Origin: an uncultured Bradyrhizobium sp.
Lineage (GTDB): Bacteria > Pseudomonadota > Alphaproteobacteria > Rhizobiales > Xanthobacteraceae
DNA length: 64,000 bases
Assembly: GCA_964609175.1 (NCBI GenBank)
Contig: CAZSRR010000027.1
Location: forward strand, 21,276 to 85,275
Direction of reading: 5' to 3'
This document shows positions 18,692 to 28,141 of this stretch, piece after piece. Position 1 is the stretch's first letter. The number at the start of each line of letters is the position of its first letter. The position numbers were made by a program, and so were the translations under genes. The notes below the pieces were generated by a model. The model saw only the letters and a list, made by a program, of their open reading frames with translations. It searched no databases and had not been told where the DNA came from.

Positions 18692-18975
18692 GACTTCGCT
18701 GCGCCGGCTCGTCTGTCCGTTCAACGCGCTTCCCCTCCCGTGACCGTCTTTTTATGGAATTGCGGTCGCGATGCGCGCCAAGCCTAGTCGATTGCGCGGC
18801 GAACGGGAAGCTATCCGAACGTCGGCGCGCGAATATGGCGCACGGCGTGTTTTTCTGGAGCCGCGCCATTCGTTCGCATACGCATCATGCAGCGATGTCT
18901 CTGTGGCTTGTAGCGGGTTCGTAGTACACGCCGCGGTGGGCGCAACGTCCCCTTTTGCGCAGCGAGCCCGACCAG

Positions 18976-20364
18976 ATGCCTCCAGAGCCGACTGCACAGC
19001 CATCGACCCCGGCGCCGATCGATGGCCTGCCCCCCGAACGCCGGCGCTGGGCGGTCGCGGCGATCTTCACCGCGCTGGCGATGGCTTCGCTGGATACGGC
19101 GATCGCCAACATTGCATTGCCCGCGATCGCCACCGACCTGAAGGTCAGCCCGGCCGACGCGGTCTGGGTCGTCAACATCTACCAGATCGCCCTGGTCGCG
19201 ACGCTGCTGCCGCTCGGCGCGCTCGGCGATATCGTCGGCCATCAGCGCATCTACTTCGGAGGGCTGCTGATCTTCACGCTGGCCTCGCTCGGCTGCGCGC
19301 TGGCGTGGTCGCTGCCCAGTCTGACGGCGGCCCGTGCGCTGCAGGGCCTCGGCGCCAGCGGCCTGATGAGCGTGAACGCGGCGCTGGTACGCTACGTCTA
19401 CCCGACCCACATGCTGGGCCGCGGTTTCGGTCACAACGCGCTGGTGGTCGGCACCGCCTTCACCTTCGGACCGACGATCGCGTCCGCGATCCTCGCATTC
19501 GGACCCTGGCCGTGGCTGTTCGCGGTCAATATCCCGTTCGGCATCATCGCGCTCTGGATCGGGGTGAAGACCCTGCCGAATACGCCGCGCGCCAAGCATG
19601 CGTTCGATTTCACCAGCGCGGCGCTGACCACGAGCTGCCTCGGGCTCTTCATCGTCGGCATCGGCGGGGCGGCGCACCAGGTCTCGCCTGCGCTGGTCGG
19701 CCTGATGCTGGCCGCCGCCTTGCTGCTCGGCTGGATCATGACACGCAGAGATGCGGAGCATCCCGCGCCGATGCTGCCGATCGATCTGTTCCGGCGGCCG
19801 ATGTTCGCGCTGTCGGCGGCGACCTCGGTCTGTTCGTTCGTGGTACAGGGTCTGGCCTTCGTCTCGCTGCCGTTCTACTTCGTGGACGTGCTGCACCGCT
19901 CGCAGGTGGAAACCGGCGTCTTGATGACGCCATGGCCGCTGGTGGTGGCGATCATGGCGCCGATCGGCGGGCGGCTGTCCGACCGCTATCCGGTCGGCAT
20001 CCTTGGCGGCCTCGGCCTGGTGCTGCTCGGCATCGGCATGGCGTTGCTGGCGATGCTGCCGGCCGATCCCGCCACCGCCGACATCGTCTGGCGCATGGTG
20101 GTTTGCGGGATCGGTTTCGGCTTCTTCCAGACGCCGAATTTGCGGGCGCTGATGGCAAGCGCGCCGCCGCACCGCAGTGGCAGCGCCAGCGGCATCGTCG
20201 CGACCGCCCGCCTGACCGGGCAAACGCTCGGCGCAGCACTGGCAGCGCTGTGCTTCGCCCTCGGCGGCCATGATGGCGCGACCGCGGCGCTGATGCTCGG
20301 GGCGGGGTTTGCAGCAATCGGAAGCCTGATGAGCTTCCTGCGCCTTGCCGTAGGTTCCACATGA
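18976..20364 (+). CDS. MFS transporter, DHA2 (EmrB/QacA-like, 14 TM)
   Basis: LDTAIANIALP, GALGDIVG, ARALQGLGA, GPTIASAIL, WLFAVNIPFG, GGRLSDRY. Confidence 0.9.
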   Translation: MPPEPTAQPSTPAPIDGLPPERRRWAVAAIFTALAMASLDTAIANIALPAIATDLKVSPADAVWVVNIYQIALVATLLPLGALGDIVGHQRIYFGGLLIFTLASLGCALAWSLPSLTAARALQGLGASGLMSVNAALVRYVYPTHMLGRGFGHNALVVGTAFTFGPTIASAILAFGPWPWLFAVNIPFGIIALWIGVKTLPNTPRAKHAFDFTSAALTTSCLGLFIVGIGGAAHQVSPALVGLMLAAALLLGWIMTRRDAEHPAPMLPIDLFRRPMFALSAATSVCSFVVQGLAFVSLPFYFVDVLHRSQVETGVLMTPWPLVVAIMAPIGGRLSDRYPVGILGGLGLVLLGIGMALLAMLPADPATADIVWRMVVCGIGFGFFQTPNLRALMASAPPHRSGSASGIVATARLTGQTLGAALAALCFALGGHDGATAALMLGAGFAAIGSLMSFLRLAVGST

Positions 20365-20386
20365 CAGCCATGCGAACGCATGCATC

Positions 20387-20713
20387 CGGCGCGGCGGTGA
20401 AGACCGGCAAGGTCAAGCTCGACATTCCGCCGCTGGTCGAGAACGGCAACACCGTGCCGATGACGGTCAGCGTCAACCATCCGATGGCCCCGGAGGATCA
20501 TGTCCGCAGCATTCACGTCTCAACGAAAAGAACCCGCAAGCCAACATCGTCAATTTCCACCTGGGGCCGCATAGCGGCCGCGCCCAGGTCTCGACCCGCA
20601 TTCGGCTCGCCGACAGCCAGAAGATCGTCGCGATCGCAAAACTGTCGGACGGGTCGTTCTGGTCGGCCTGCGTCGATGTCGTGGTGACACTCGCCGCCTG
20701 CACCGAGATGTGA
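20387..20713 (+). pseudogene. soxY: 5'-truncated, frameshifted soxY-like gene (AACxE-arm paralogue)
   Basis: GKVKLDIPPLVENGNTVPMTV...IHV, then a 1-nt deletion near 20520; the restored frame reads (F)NEKNPQANIVNFHLGPHSGRAQVSTRIRLADSQKIVAIAKLSDGSFWSACVDVVVTLAACTEM*. No Tat signal or N-terminus. Confidence 0.85.
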
Positions 20714-20717
20714 TCTG

Positions 20718-20830
20718 ATGGCCTCGGCACCGATCAACGTTCCGGCATAAGCCAAGCGCGGCGACATTCGTCGAGATCAAGACGCTGATGTCGCATATCA
20801 TGGAAACCGGCTATCGCCATACGGCGTCGC
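20718..20830 (+). pseudogene. soxZ: soxZ-like fragment with nonsense codon, frameshift and 3' truncation
   Basis: MASAPINVPA-TAA(20748-20750)-AKRGDI, a +1 frameshift, then VEIKTLMSHIMETGYRHTAS (SoxZ HxMETG motif); similarity ends abruptly. Confidence 0.8.
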
Positions 20831-21005
20831 GTTTTTCCGAGCGCGGCCACTCGGTTGAGGGAACGGTGCTCGGACGTGTCGCAAAGCAGATTCCAGAAAC
20901 ACCGTGAATTTGCGCGAGCGCCAAGTATTCGCGGTGAAGTCAAAAGGCCACTAAGTGACTCTCGTGACTCGCATTTTAGAGATGGAAACGGAACCGGACA
21001 CTCGT

Positions 21006-21082
21006 GGGCTTGTCCCGGCCATCCACGTCCTTCTCACCCGGGCATCAAGAACGTGGATGCCCCGCACAAGACCGCGCATGAC
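21006..21082. repeat. Degenerate REP element (GGGCTTGTCCCGGCCATCCACGT...ACGTGGATG...CATGAC family)
   Basis: Same family as 40285-40366 and 53547-53633. Confidence 0.75.
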
Positions 21083-21097
21083 GGGAGTGTGGGCGGA

Positions 21098-21871
21098 CTA
21101 CCGCTCCGCGAACGCCTTCTCGACCACGAACTGCGCGGGCTCGCCGTGGTTGCCTTCGGCAAAGCCGCGGCCGTTCAGCATCGAACGCGTATCCGTCACC
21201 AGCGCGGGGCTGCCGCAGATCATGACGCGGTCGTGGGCGGGATCGAGCGAGGCCAGTCCAATATCGGCGAACAGTTTTCCGGAATTGATCAGGTCGGTGA
21301 TGCGGCCGCGGTTGCGGAACGGGTCGCGCGTGACCGTCGGGTAATAGACGAGCTGATTGCGGACATAGTCGCCGATGAGTTCGTCGTTCGGCAGTTTTTC
21401 GGTGATCATCTCGCCATAGGCGAGTTCCTTGACGCGGCGGCAGCCGTGCAGCAGCACCACCTTCTCGAACCGCTCATAGGTTTCGGGATCCTTGATCACC
21501 GACAGGAACGGGGCCAGGCCGGTGCCGGTGCCGATCAGATAGAGGTTGCGGCCGTCCTCCAGGTTGTCGATGACCAGGGTGCCGGTCGCCTTGCGGCTGA
21601 CGATGATCTCGTCGCCCTGCTGGAGGTGCTGGAGGCGCGAGGTCAGTGGCCCGTCCGGCACCTTGATCGAGAAGAATTCGAGCCGGTCCTCGTAATTGGC
21701 GCTGGCGACCGAATAGGCACGGAGCAGCGGCTTCTCGCCGACCTTCAGCCCGATCATGGTGAACTCGCCGTTGCGGAAGCGGAACGAGGGATCGCGCGTG
21801 GTGGTGAAGCTGAACAGCGTATCGGTCCAGTGGTGGACGCTCAGCACGCTCTCCTGGTTGAAATTGCTCAT
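21098..21871 (-). CDS. fpr: Ferredoxin--NADP+ reductase, bacterial subclass I
   Basis: VLSVHHWTDTLFSFTTTRD, LLRAYS, GTGTGLAPF, YYPTVTRD, MICGSP, C-terminal VVEKAFAER. Confidence 0.95.
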   Translation of the reverse strand: MSNFNQESVLSVHHWTDTLFSFTTTRDPSFRFRNGEFTMIGLKVGEKPLLRAYSVASANYEDRLEFFSIKVPDGPLTSRLQHLQQGDEIIVSRKATGTLVIDNLEDGRNLYLIGTGTGLAPFLSVIKDPETYERFEKVVLLHGCRRVKELAYGEMITEKLPNDELIGDYVRNQLVYYPTVTRDPFRNRGRITDLINSGKLFADIGLASLDPAHDRVMICGSPALVTDTRSMLNGRGFAEGNHGEPAQFVVEKAFAER

Positions 21872-21898
21872 CGCACCGTTCCCTGACCTGCGAGCCGA

Positions 21899-21941
21899 TT
21901 GACCGGCCGCATCATTGGTATACGATCATTCGTGTACAAAT
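21899..21941. promoter_or_regulatory. Divergent fpr/enamidase promoter with tandem operator-like sites ATTGGTATACGATC (21914-21927) and ATTCGTGTACAAAT (21928-21941)
   Basis: TTGACC-N16-TACGAT on the + strand; each site is an 11/14 match to one of the palindromes at 32375 and 32526. Confidence 0.6.
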
Positions 21942-22015
21942 GAATAATCCGGCTTGATCCGATCGTCAAGCCGGGCACAATGTCCGGCGAAGGCATTGAG
22001 GCAAAAGGAAAAACC

Positions 22016-23215
22016 ATGGCCCACGACGCACCCCAGGCGACCGGTCCGAGCAAGCTGGTGATCCGAAATATCGGGCTGATGCTGTCGGGGGCGCTGGAAA
22101 AGCCGATTCTCGACGGCGACACGATCGTGGCCGAGAACGGCAAGATATCGGCCATTGGCCGATACAAGGATCTCGACACCGAGGGCGCCACCACCGTCGT
22201 CAATGCCAACGGCACCACGGTGGCCCCGGGCCTGATCGACAGCCACGTCCATCCCGTCGCCGGCGACTGGACGCCGCGGCAGAACCAGATCAACTGGATC
22301 GACAGCTATCTGCATGGCGGCGTCACCACCATGATCTCGGCCGGCGAAGTCCACATGCCCGGCCGCCCCCGCGACGTGATCGGCGTCAAGGCGATGGCGA
22401 TCTTCGCGCAGCGCGCGTTCTGGACGCTGCGTCCGGGCGGCGTGAAGGTGCACGCCGGCGCGCCGGTGATTGAATGCGAAATGGTCGAGGACGACTTCAA
22501 GGAAATGGCTGCAGCCGGCGTCAAGCTGCTCGGCGAAGTCGGCCTCGGCGGCGTCAAGGACGGGCCGACGGCGCGAAAGATGGTGGGTTGGGCGCGCAAA
22601 TACGGAATCCAGAGCACGATCCACACCGGCGGTCCCTCGATCCCGGGCTCCGGCCTGATCGACAAGGACGTGGTGCTGGAAGCCGACACCGACGTGGTCG
22701 GCCATATCAATGGTGGCCACACCGCCCTGCCCGACGACCAGATCCGCTGCATCTGCGAGGGGTGCAAGCGCGGGCTGGAGCTGGTTCACAACGGCAATGA
22801 GCGCTCGGCGCTGTTCACGCTGCGCACCGCGCGCGAGATGGGCGATCTCCATCGCGTCATCCTCGGCACCGACGCGCCCGCCGGCTCCGGCGTGCAGCCG
22901 CTCGGCATTTTGCGGATGGTCTCGATGCTGTCCTCGCTCGGCGAACTGCCTGCCGAACTCGCCTTTTGCCTCGCGACCGGCAACACCGCGCGGATGCGCC
23001 AGCTCGACTGCGGCATCATCGAGGTCGGCCGCTCCGCGGATTTCGTCCTGATGGACAAGGCGCAGCACTCGCCGGGCAGGAATATCCTCGAAAGCGTGCA
23101 GCTCGGCGACCTGCCCGGAATCGGCATGACCATCATCGACGGCATCGTCCGCACCCAGCGCAGCCGCAACACCCCGCCCGCGGGTCAGGTACCTGTGATC
23201 GTTAGCGGGCATTGA
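22016..23215 (+). CDS. ena: Enamidase (amidohydrolase acting on 1,4,5,6-tetrahydro-6-oxonicotinate)
   Basis: PGLIDSHVH, GDWTPRQ, LHGGVTTMISAG, PGRPRD, RPGGVKVH, GEVGLG, HTGGPSIPGSG, HINGG, LGTDAPAGSG, SRNTPPA match my recollection of Eubacterium barkeri enamidase; nicotinate gene context. Confidence 0.85.
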   Translation: MAHDAPQATGPSKLVIRNIGLMLSGALEKPILDGDTIVAENGKISAIGRYKDLDTEGATTVVNANGTTVAPGLIDSHVHPVAGDWTPRQNQINWIDSYLHGGVTTMISAGEVHMPGRPRDVIGVKAMAIFAQRAFWTLRPGGVKVHAGAPVIECEMVEDDFKEMAAAGVKLLGEVGLGGVKDGPTARKMVGWARKYGIQSTIHTGGPSIPGSGLIDKDVVLEADTDVVGHINGGHTALPDDQIRCICEGCKRGLELVHNGNERSALFTLRTAREMGDLHRVILGTDAPAGSGVQPLGILRMVSMLSSLGELPAELAFCLATGNTARMRQLDCGIIEVGRSADFVLMDKAQHSPGRNILESVQLGDLPGIGMTIIDGIVRTQRSRNTPPAGQVPVIVSGH

Positions 23216-23351
23216 CAGCGGCACGGTTCACGAATGCGTGCAACGGGGCGTGAAAGTCACGCCTGACCTCGAAAGCGGTGAACAAATCCGCGGCCTTCGC
23301 GACCAATGCGAGCAGGCTTGATGGACACCTGCGCTCACCACCGAGGCAGAG

Positions 23352-24032
23352 TTGGAAAATTCGCTGCAAGTCGCCGGCGGGATCGTCGGCGCTGTCATAG
23401 GCTTTGTCGCAACGCTGCTGCTGCTGGAATTGTTCGGGTTCGGCAATCTCGCCGATCCGATCATGCCCGGCATGCTGGCACTGGTGTTTGCGCCGTGCGG
23501 CGCCGTCGCCGGCCAGTTGCTGGGCACCGCGGCCACACGATGGTTGCGTGGCGGCGAAGCCGGCCTGTCCCGCAGCGGCATGACGGCGTCTGCCGTTCTG
23601 ATCGGGCTTTGTGCAGCGGCGGCGGCCTCCTATTACGTCTATGCCGTCACGACGGCGACACCCTGGCTCAATCCAAACGCACCCAACCCGCTGCTGGTCT
23701 TTGAGATTCGGCTTCCTGCCGGGTCCAGCTTGCCGGACTCGGCCAGCGACATCACGGCCAAACTGCAAACCGATCTGAACACCATGTCCGGCGAGATGCA
23801 GCCCGACCAGTTCCGGCGCGATGACGACAGGCCGGTCATCGCCGGCTATGTCGAACTCCCGTTCCGGACTGCGTCCCGGCAGTTGCAGATGAAGATCAAG
23901 GGCCAGCCCGACCGGCTCTACCTCATCGGTCTGCCGGCGACAGCGCCGCATATGGCCGAGTTCGGGCCGTGGCAGGCCAATGCCGACGGCAGCGAAATCC
24001 GCTATCGCGCCCGCTGGCCGGGGCGAAACTGA
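23352..24032 (+). CDS. Hypothetical membrane-anchored protein (N-terminal TM helices plus soluble domain)
   Basis: 226-aa ORF with TTG start filling the gap between ena and marR; three hydrophobic N-terminal segments. Confidence 0.6.
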   Translation: MENSLQVAGGIVGAVIGFVATLLLLELFGFGNLADPIMPGMLALVFAPCGAVAGQLLGTAATRWLRGGEAGLSRSGMTASAVLIGLCAAAAASYYVYAVTTATPWLNPNAPNPLLVFEIRLPAGSSLPDSASDITAKLQTDLNTMSGEMQPDQFRRDDDRPVIAGYVELPFRTASRQLQMKIKGQPDRLYLIGLPATAPHMAEFGPWQANADGSEIRYRARWPGRN

Positions 24033-24084
24033 CGCCCGGCGAGCGGGCTCCCGGTTTCTGCTCCGCTTGGGGTTGTTGTCGGAG

Positions 24085-24540
24085 TCACCGCAGCTTCTCG
24101 AGCAGCGCCATCAAGGTCTCGCGCTCCTTTGCATCGAGCGGCGCCAGCGTCTCCTTCGAAATCGCGATCGCGTTGGGCGCGGCCTTTTCCGCCAGCTGCT
24201 GGCCGGCGCGCGTCAGGCTGACCAGCAGGCGGCGGCCGTCCTCGGGATCCGGGCTGGTCTCGGTGAGGCCGCGCGCCGTCAGGCGATCGATCACGCCCTT
24301 GATCGTGGCGACGTCCATCGACGTCAGCCGTCCGAGCAGGTTTTGCGAGCACGGTCCGGTTTCGTTCAGCTTGGCGAGCGCCGCCCATTGGGTCGGCGTC
24401 AGGTTGATACCGATTCCCTGGGCGAAGATGGTGGCATGGCGCTGCGAGACCTGGCGCAGGATGAAGCCGATCTGCTCGTCGAGGATGTAGGATGGCCGCG
24501 CCGGCTTGACGGCTCGTTTCGGCGAAACACTCCTGGCCAT
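24085..24540 (-). CDS. MarR family regulator (NicR/BpsR-like)
   Basis: YILDEQIGFILRQ..QRHA.IF, LTPTQWAAL, MDVATIKGVIDRL, DPEDGRR; last gene of the hnr operon. Confidence 0.88.
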   Translation of the reverse strand: MARSVSPKRAVKPARPSYILDEQIGFILRQVSQRHATIFAQGIGINLTPTQWAALAKLNETGPCSQNLLGRLTSMDVATIKGVIDRLTARGLTETSPDPEDGRRLLVSLTRAGQQLAEKAAPNAIAISKETLAPLDAKERETLMALLEKLR

Positions 24541-24562
24541 CTTTCGTCCCCTCCCCTGCCGC

Positions 24563-25267
24563 TCACAGCGACAGATGCGCGTCGCGGATGTCGGGCCGCG
24601 CGTCGAGTTCGGCCATCGTGCCGCCGAAGCAGATCCTGCCGCGCTCGATGATGTAGGCGCGATCGGAAATCAGCCGCGCGAAATGCAGATTCTGCTCTGA
24701 AACTACGATGCTGACGCCCTCGCGTTTCATCGCGAGGATGGCGTCGACCATCTGTTCGACGATCTTGGGCGACAGTCCCTCCGAGGGTTCGTCGAGCAGC
24801 ACCAGCGACGGGTTGCCCATCAGCGTGCGGGCGATGGTCAGCATCTGCTGTTCGCCGCCGCTCATCCGTCCGCCCGGGCGGTTGCGCATTTCGCCGAGAT
24901 TGGGAAACAGCGCGAACAGCTTTTCGCGGGTCCATTGCGGCGCGTTCGGCCGTTTCGGCTGGCGGCCCACTTCGAGATTTTCGTCCACCGTCAGATCCGT
25001 GAAGATACGCCGTTCCTCCGGCACGTAGCCGAGCCCGCCACGCACGATCGCGTGCGTCGGCTCGCGCGAGACGTCCTTGCCTTCAAAGACGATTTTCCCG
25101 GAGCGGTTCTCCACGAGGCCGACGATGGAGCGGAACGTGGTCGACTTGCCGGCGCCGTTGCGGCCGAGCAGCGCCACCACCTCGCCCTCGCCGACCTCGA
25201 GCGCGATATCGAACAGGATATGCGCCGGGCCGTAGAAACTGTTGAGATCGGAAACCTGCAGCTTCAT
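24563..25267 (-). CDS. Branched-chain-type ABC ATP-binding protein (LivF-like)
   Basis: GRNGAGKST, YVPEERRIF, MSGGEQQML, LDEPSEGL, SEQN. Confidence 0.93.
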   Translation of the reverse strand: MKLQVSDLNSFYGPAHILFDIALEVGEGEVVALLGRNGAGKSTTFRSIVGLVENRSGKIVFEGKDVSREPTHAIVRGGLGYVPEERRIFTDLTVDENLEVGRQPKRPNAPQWTREKLFALFPNLGEMRNRPGGRMSGGEQQMLTIARTLMGNPSLVLLDEPSEGLSPKIVEQMVDAILAMKREGVSIVVSEQNLHFARLISDRAYIIERGRICFGGTMAELDARPDIRDAHLSL

Positions 25268-26055
25268 GCGCCGGCTCCCTCGCGGTGGCGCGCATCGTAG
25301 ACCAGGCCTTCGCCGAGATAGATCGCGCGCACCTCGGGATTGCCGCGGACCTGCTCGGGCGAGCCCTCCGCGATCAGGCTGCCGCGGTTCAGCACCAGGA
25401 TGCGGTCGGCATGCTCGAACACCACGTCCATGTCGTGCTCGGTGAACAGCACGCCGATCGACTGCTCGCGGGCGATGCGCGCGGTGAGCCGCATCAGTTC
25501 GATCCGTTCGCGCGGCGCCATGCCTGCGGTCGGCTCGTCCATCAAGAGCAGTTTCGGCTGGTTGGCGAGCGCGATCGCGAGTTCCAGCCGCTTGAGGTCG
25601 CCATAGGCCAGTTCACCGCAGGGCCGCTCCGCATAGGCGCCCATGCCGACGAGATTGAGCAGCCGGCCCGCTTCCTCGCGCGCGTAGTTCGCGGTCGAGC
25701 CCCAGACATTGAACAATTGCCTTCCATAGGACACCAGCGCGACCTGCACGTTCTCGCGCACCGTCATGGTCGGGAACGTCGCCGTGATCTGGAAGGTGCG
25801 GCCGACGCCGAGCCGCCAGACCGCACGCGGCTTGCAGCCGACGGTCTCCTCGCCGAGCAGCGTGATCCGGCCGCTGTCCGGCGTGTTCTGGCCGTTGAGC
25901 ATGTCGAAACAGGTGCTCTTGCCGGCACCGTTGGGGCCGATCAGCGCCAGAATTTCGCCGGCGCGCAGTTCGAACGAGACGCTGCGCACGGCGTGCACGC
26001 CGCCATACGACTTGCTCAAATTCTCGACCGACAGCAATGCGGGCGTCGTGCTCAT
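25264..26055 (-). CDS. Branched-chain-type ABC ATP-binding protein (LivG-like)
   Basis: GPNGAGKST, GRTFQ, LAYGDLKRLE, DEPTAG, TEHDMD; start MSTTP overlaps the permease stop. Confidence 0.92.
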   Translation of the reverse strand: MSTTPALLSVENLSKSYGGVHAVRSVSFELRAGEILALIGPNGAGKSTCFDMLNGQNTPDSGRITLLGEETVGCKPRAVWRLGVGRTFQITATFPTMTVRENVQVALVSYGRQLFNVWGSTANYAREEAGRLLNLVGMGAYAERPCGELAYGDLKRLELAIALANQPKLLLMDEPTAGMAPRERIELMRLTARIAREQSIGVLFTEHDMDVVFEHADRILVLNRGSLIAEGSPEQVRGNPEVRAIYLGEGLVYDARHREGAGA

Positions 26056-27938
26056 TCGGCGGCCTCGACGCGTGAGGTGGCGTGCGAAGATTTGTTGTCG
26101 GTCGGCCGCCAGCGATTGGAAATCGTCTCCAGCGTGCCGACGATCCCCTTCGGAAAGGCCACCACCATCAGCACGATGAAGCCGCCAAGCACCAGTTTCG
26201 ACAGATCGGTCTGGCTGACCAGCCAGATGTTCGCCGCCTTGAACACGATGGCGCCGATCACAGCACCGGACACCGTCTCGACGCCGCCGAGCAGCACCAT
26301 GACCAGCGCATCGACCGACAGGGAGATGCCGAGGCTGTCCGGAAAAACGCTCCCCTTCAAATAGGCGAACAGCGCACCGCCGATGCCGGCGACCGTGCCC
26401 GAGATCACGAAGGCGGTCCATTGCACGCGCTTGCAGTCAATGCCGATCGCCTCGCTGCGGAGCGGCGAGTCTCGCGTGGCGCGGAGGGCAAAACCGAACG
26501 GCGAGAACACGATCACCCGCAGCACGGTGACGACGACCGCGGCGATCGCCAGCGACAGCCAGTAGAAGCTCGCAGGCCCCGCCGCCCATTTGTCCGGCCA
26601 GACACCCAGAATGCCGTTGTCGCCGCCGGTCACGCCCACCCACTGGAACGCGATCGACCAGACGATCTGCGCGAAAGCCAATGTCAGCATCGCGAAGTAG
26701 ACGCCGGAAAGCTGCACGGCGAAGAAGCCGAACACCGCGGCGCCCAGCAGACCCAGCACAGGACCAAGCAGCAGCGAGACGATCATCGGCAGCCCCGCCG
26801 CCTTGGCGAGGAATGCGACGCCATAGGCGCCGAGCCCGAAATAGGCGGCGTGGCCGAACGAGGCCAGCCCGCCGACCGACATCAGGAAGTGGAGACTGGC
26901 GGCGAAGATCACGAAGATCGAGATTTCCGAACCGACGGTGAGCGCGTAATTGCCGGCGAACAGCGGCAGCACCGCCGCTATGGCCAGCGCGCCGAGCGAC
27001 ATCAGCCGCTCGCCCGCGGTCAAAGGCCGCCACGGATTGACGGTCAAACCCGGCGTGCGCCGTGCGGCGGCTTCCGGCTTGCCGAACAAGCCCCACGGCC
27101 GAACGATCAGCACCGCCGCCATTACCAGGAACACCAGGATGATGGAGATCTTCGGGAAGATGAGAATACCGAAGGCGTTCAGTTCGGAGACCAGCACGGC
27201 GGCGACGAAGGCGCCGATGATGCTGCCGAGCCCGCCGATCACCACCACCACGAACACTTCGACGATGATGCGAAGGTCCAGCGCGTGATGCACGGCATCG
27301 CGCGGAATCTGCAGCGCGCCGCCGAGCGCGGCGAGAAAGACACCGAGCGCAAACACGCTGGTGAACAGCCATTTCTGATTGACGCCGAGCGCCGCGACCA
27401 TGTCGCGGTCTTGCGTCGCGGCGCGGACGAGAATGCCCCAGCGCGTGCGCTGGAACAGCAGCCACAGCCCGCCGAGCACGATGGGGGTGATCCCGATCAG
27501 GAACAGGTCATAGCTCGGGATATTCTGACCGAAGAATTCGACCGCCCCCTTGAAGCCCGGCGCGCGGCGGCCGAGCAGATCGTCGGGTCCCCAGATCAGC
27601 ACCACGATGTCCTGCACCATCAAGGTCAGGCCGAAGGTCGCCAGCAGCTGGAACAGTTCGGGCGCATGGTAGATCCGCCGCAGCAGCACCATCTCGACCA
27701 GCACGCCGACGGCGGCAACGACCAGCGCCGCCACCACGATGCCGCCCCAGAAGCCAAGCGCGCCGGAAAAACGCTCGGTCAGCGTGAACGCGACATAGGC
27801 GCCAAGCATGTAGAACGCGCCGTGGGCAAAATTCACGATCCGCGTCACGCCGAAGATGATCGACAGCCCCGACGCGACCAGGAACAGCGACGCCGCGCTG
27901 GCGAGACCGGTCAGGAACTGAACGAAGTAGAAGGCCAT
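26052..27938 (-). CDS. Fused LivH-LivM ABC permease
   Basis: Two permease domains: IVNFAHG...GGLGS and SFGHAAYFGLGAY...TGGDNG...LLGG. Confidence 0.9.
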   Translation of the reverse strand: MAFYFVQFLTGLASAASLFLVASGLSIIFGVTRIVNFAHGAFYMLGAYVAFTLTERFSGALGFWGGIVVAALVVAAVGVLVEMVLLRRIYHAPELFQLLATFGLTLMVQDIVVLIWGPDDLLGRRAPGFKGAVEFFGQNIPSYDLFLIGITPIVLGGLWLLFQRTRWGILVRAATQDRDMVAALGVNQKWLFTSVFALGVFLAALGGALQIPRDAVHHALDLRIIVEVFVVVVIGGLGSIIGAFVAAVLVSELNAFGILIFPKISIILVFLVMAAVLIVRPWGLFGKPEAAARRTPGLTVNPWRPLTAGERLMSLGALAIAAVLPLFAGNYALTVGSEISIFVIFAASLHFLMSVGGLASFGHAAYFGLGAYGVAFLAKAAGLPMIVSLLLGPVLGLLGAAVFGFFAVQLSGVYFAMLTLAFAQIVWSIAFQWVGVTGGDNGILGVWPDKWAAGPASFYWLSLAIAAVVVTVLRVIVFSPFGFALRATRDSPLRSEAIGIDCKRVQWTAFVISGTVAGIGGALFAYLKGSVFPDSLGISLSVDALVMVLLGGVETVSGAVIGAIVFKAANIWLVSQTDLSKLVLGGFIVLMVVAFPKGIVGTLETISNRWRPTDNKSSHATSRVEAAE

Positions 27939-27960
27939 GGGCGGTCCGGGTTACGTGGTC

Positions 27961-28130
27961 CCTTACCTCGCCCCACTTGCGGGGAGAGATCGGAATTCAA
28001 GCGCGCCTGAATTCCGGGTGAGGGGTACAGATCTGTCGATAGCGCAGGACTCGTGGTGAGAGCCCCGCACCCGACGCTCCAAGAGCGAGTTTCGCTCGTC
28101 TCGACCCCGCGAAGAGCGGGGGGAGAGAGA
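27961..28130. repeat. REP/RIME-like GC-rich stem-loop element inside the operon
   Basis: CCTCGCCCCACTTGCGGGGAGAG and ACCCCGCGAAGAGCGGGG hairpins between the SBP stop and the permease start. Confidence 0.65.
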
Positions 28131-28141
28131 GGAGCAAGAAC

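Noticed and set aside
20855-21886. 343-aa + strand ORF spanning a REP and fpr
   Set aside because: It runs through a repeat and is antisense to fpr
25264-26421. 385-aa version of the LivG-like ATPase
   Set aside because: The extra N-terminus overlaps the permease; the start at 26055 fits the family
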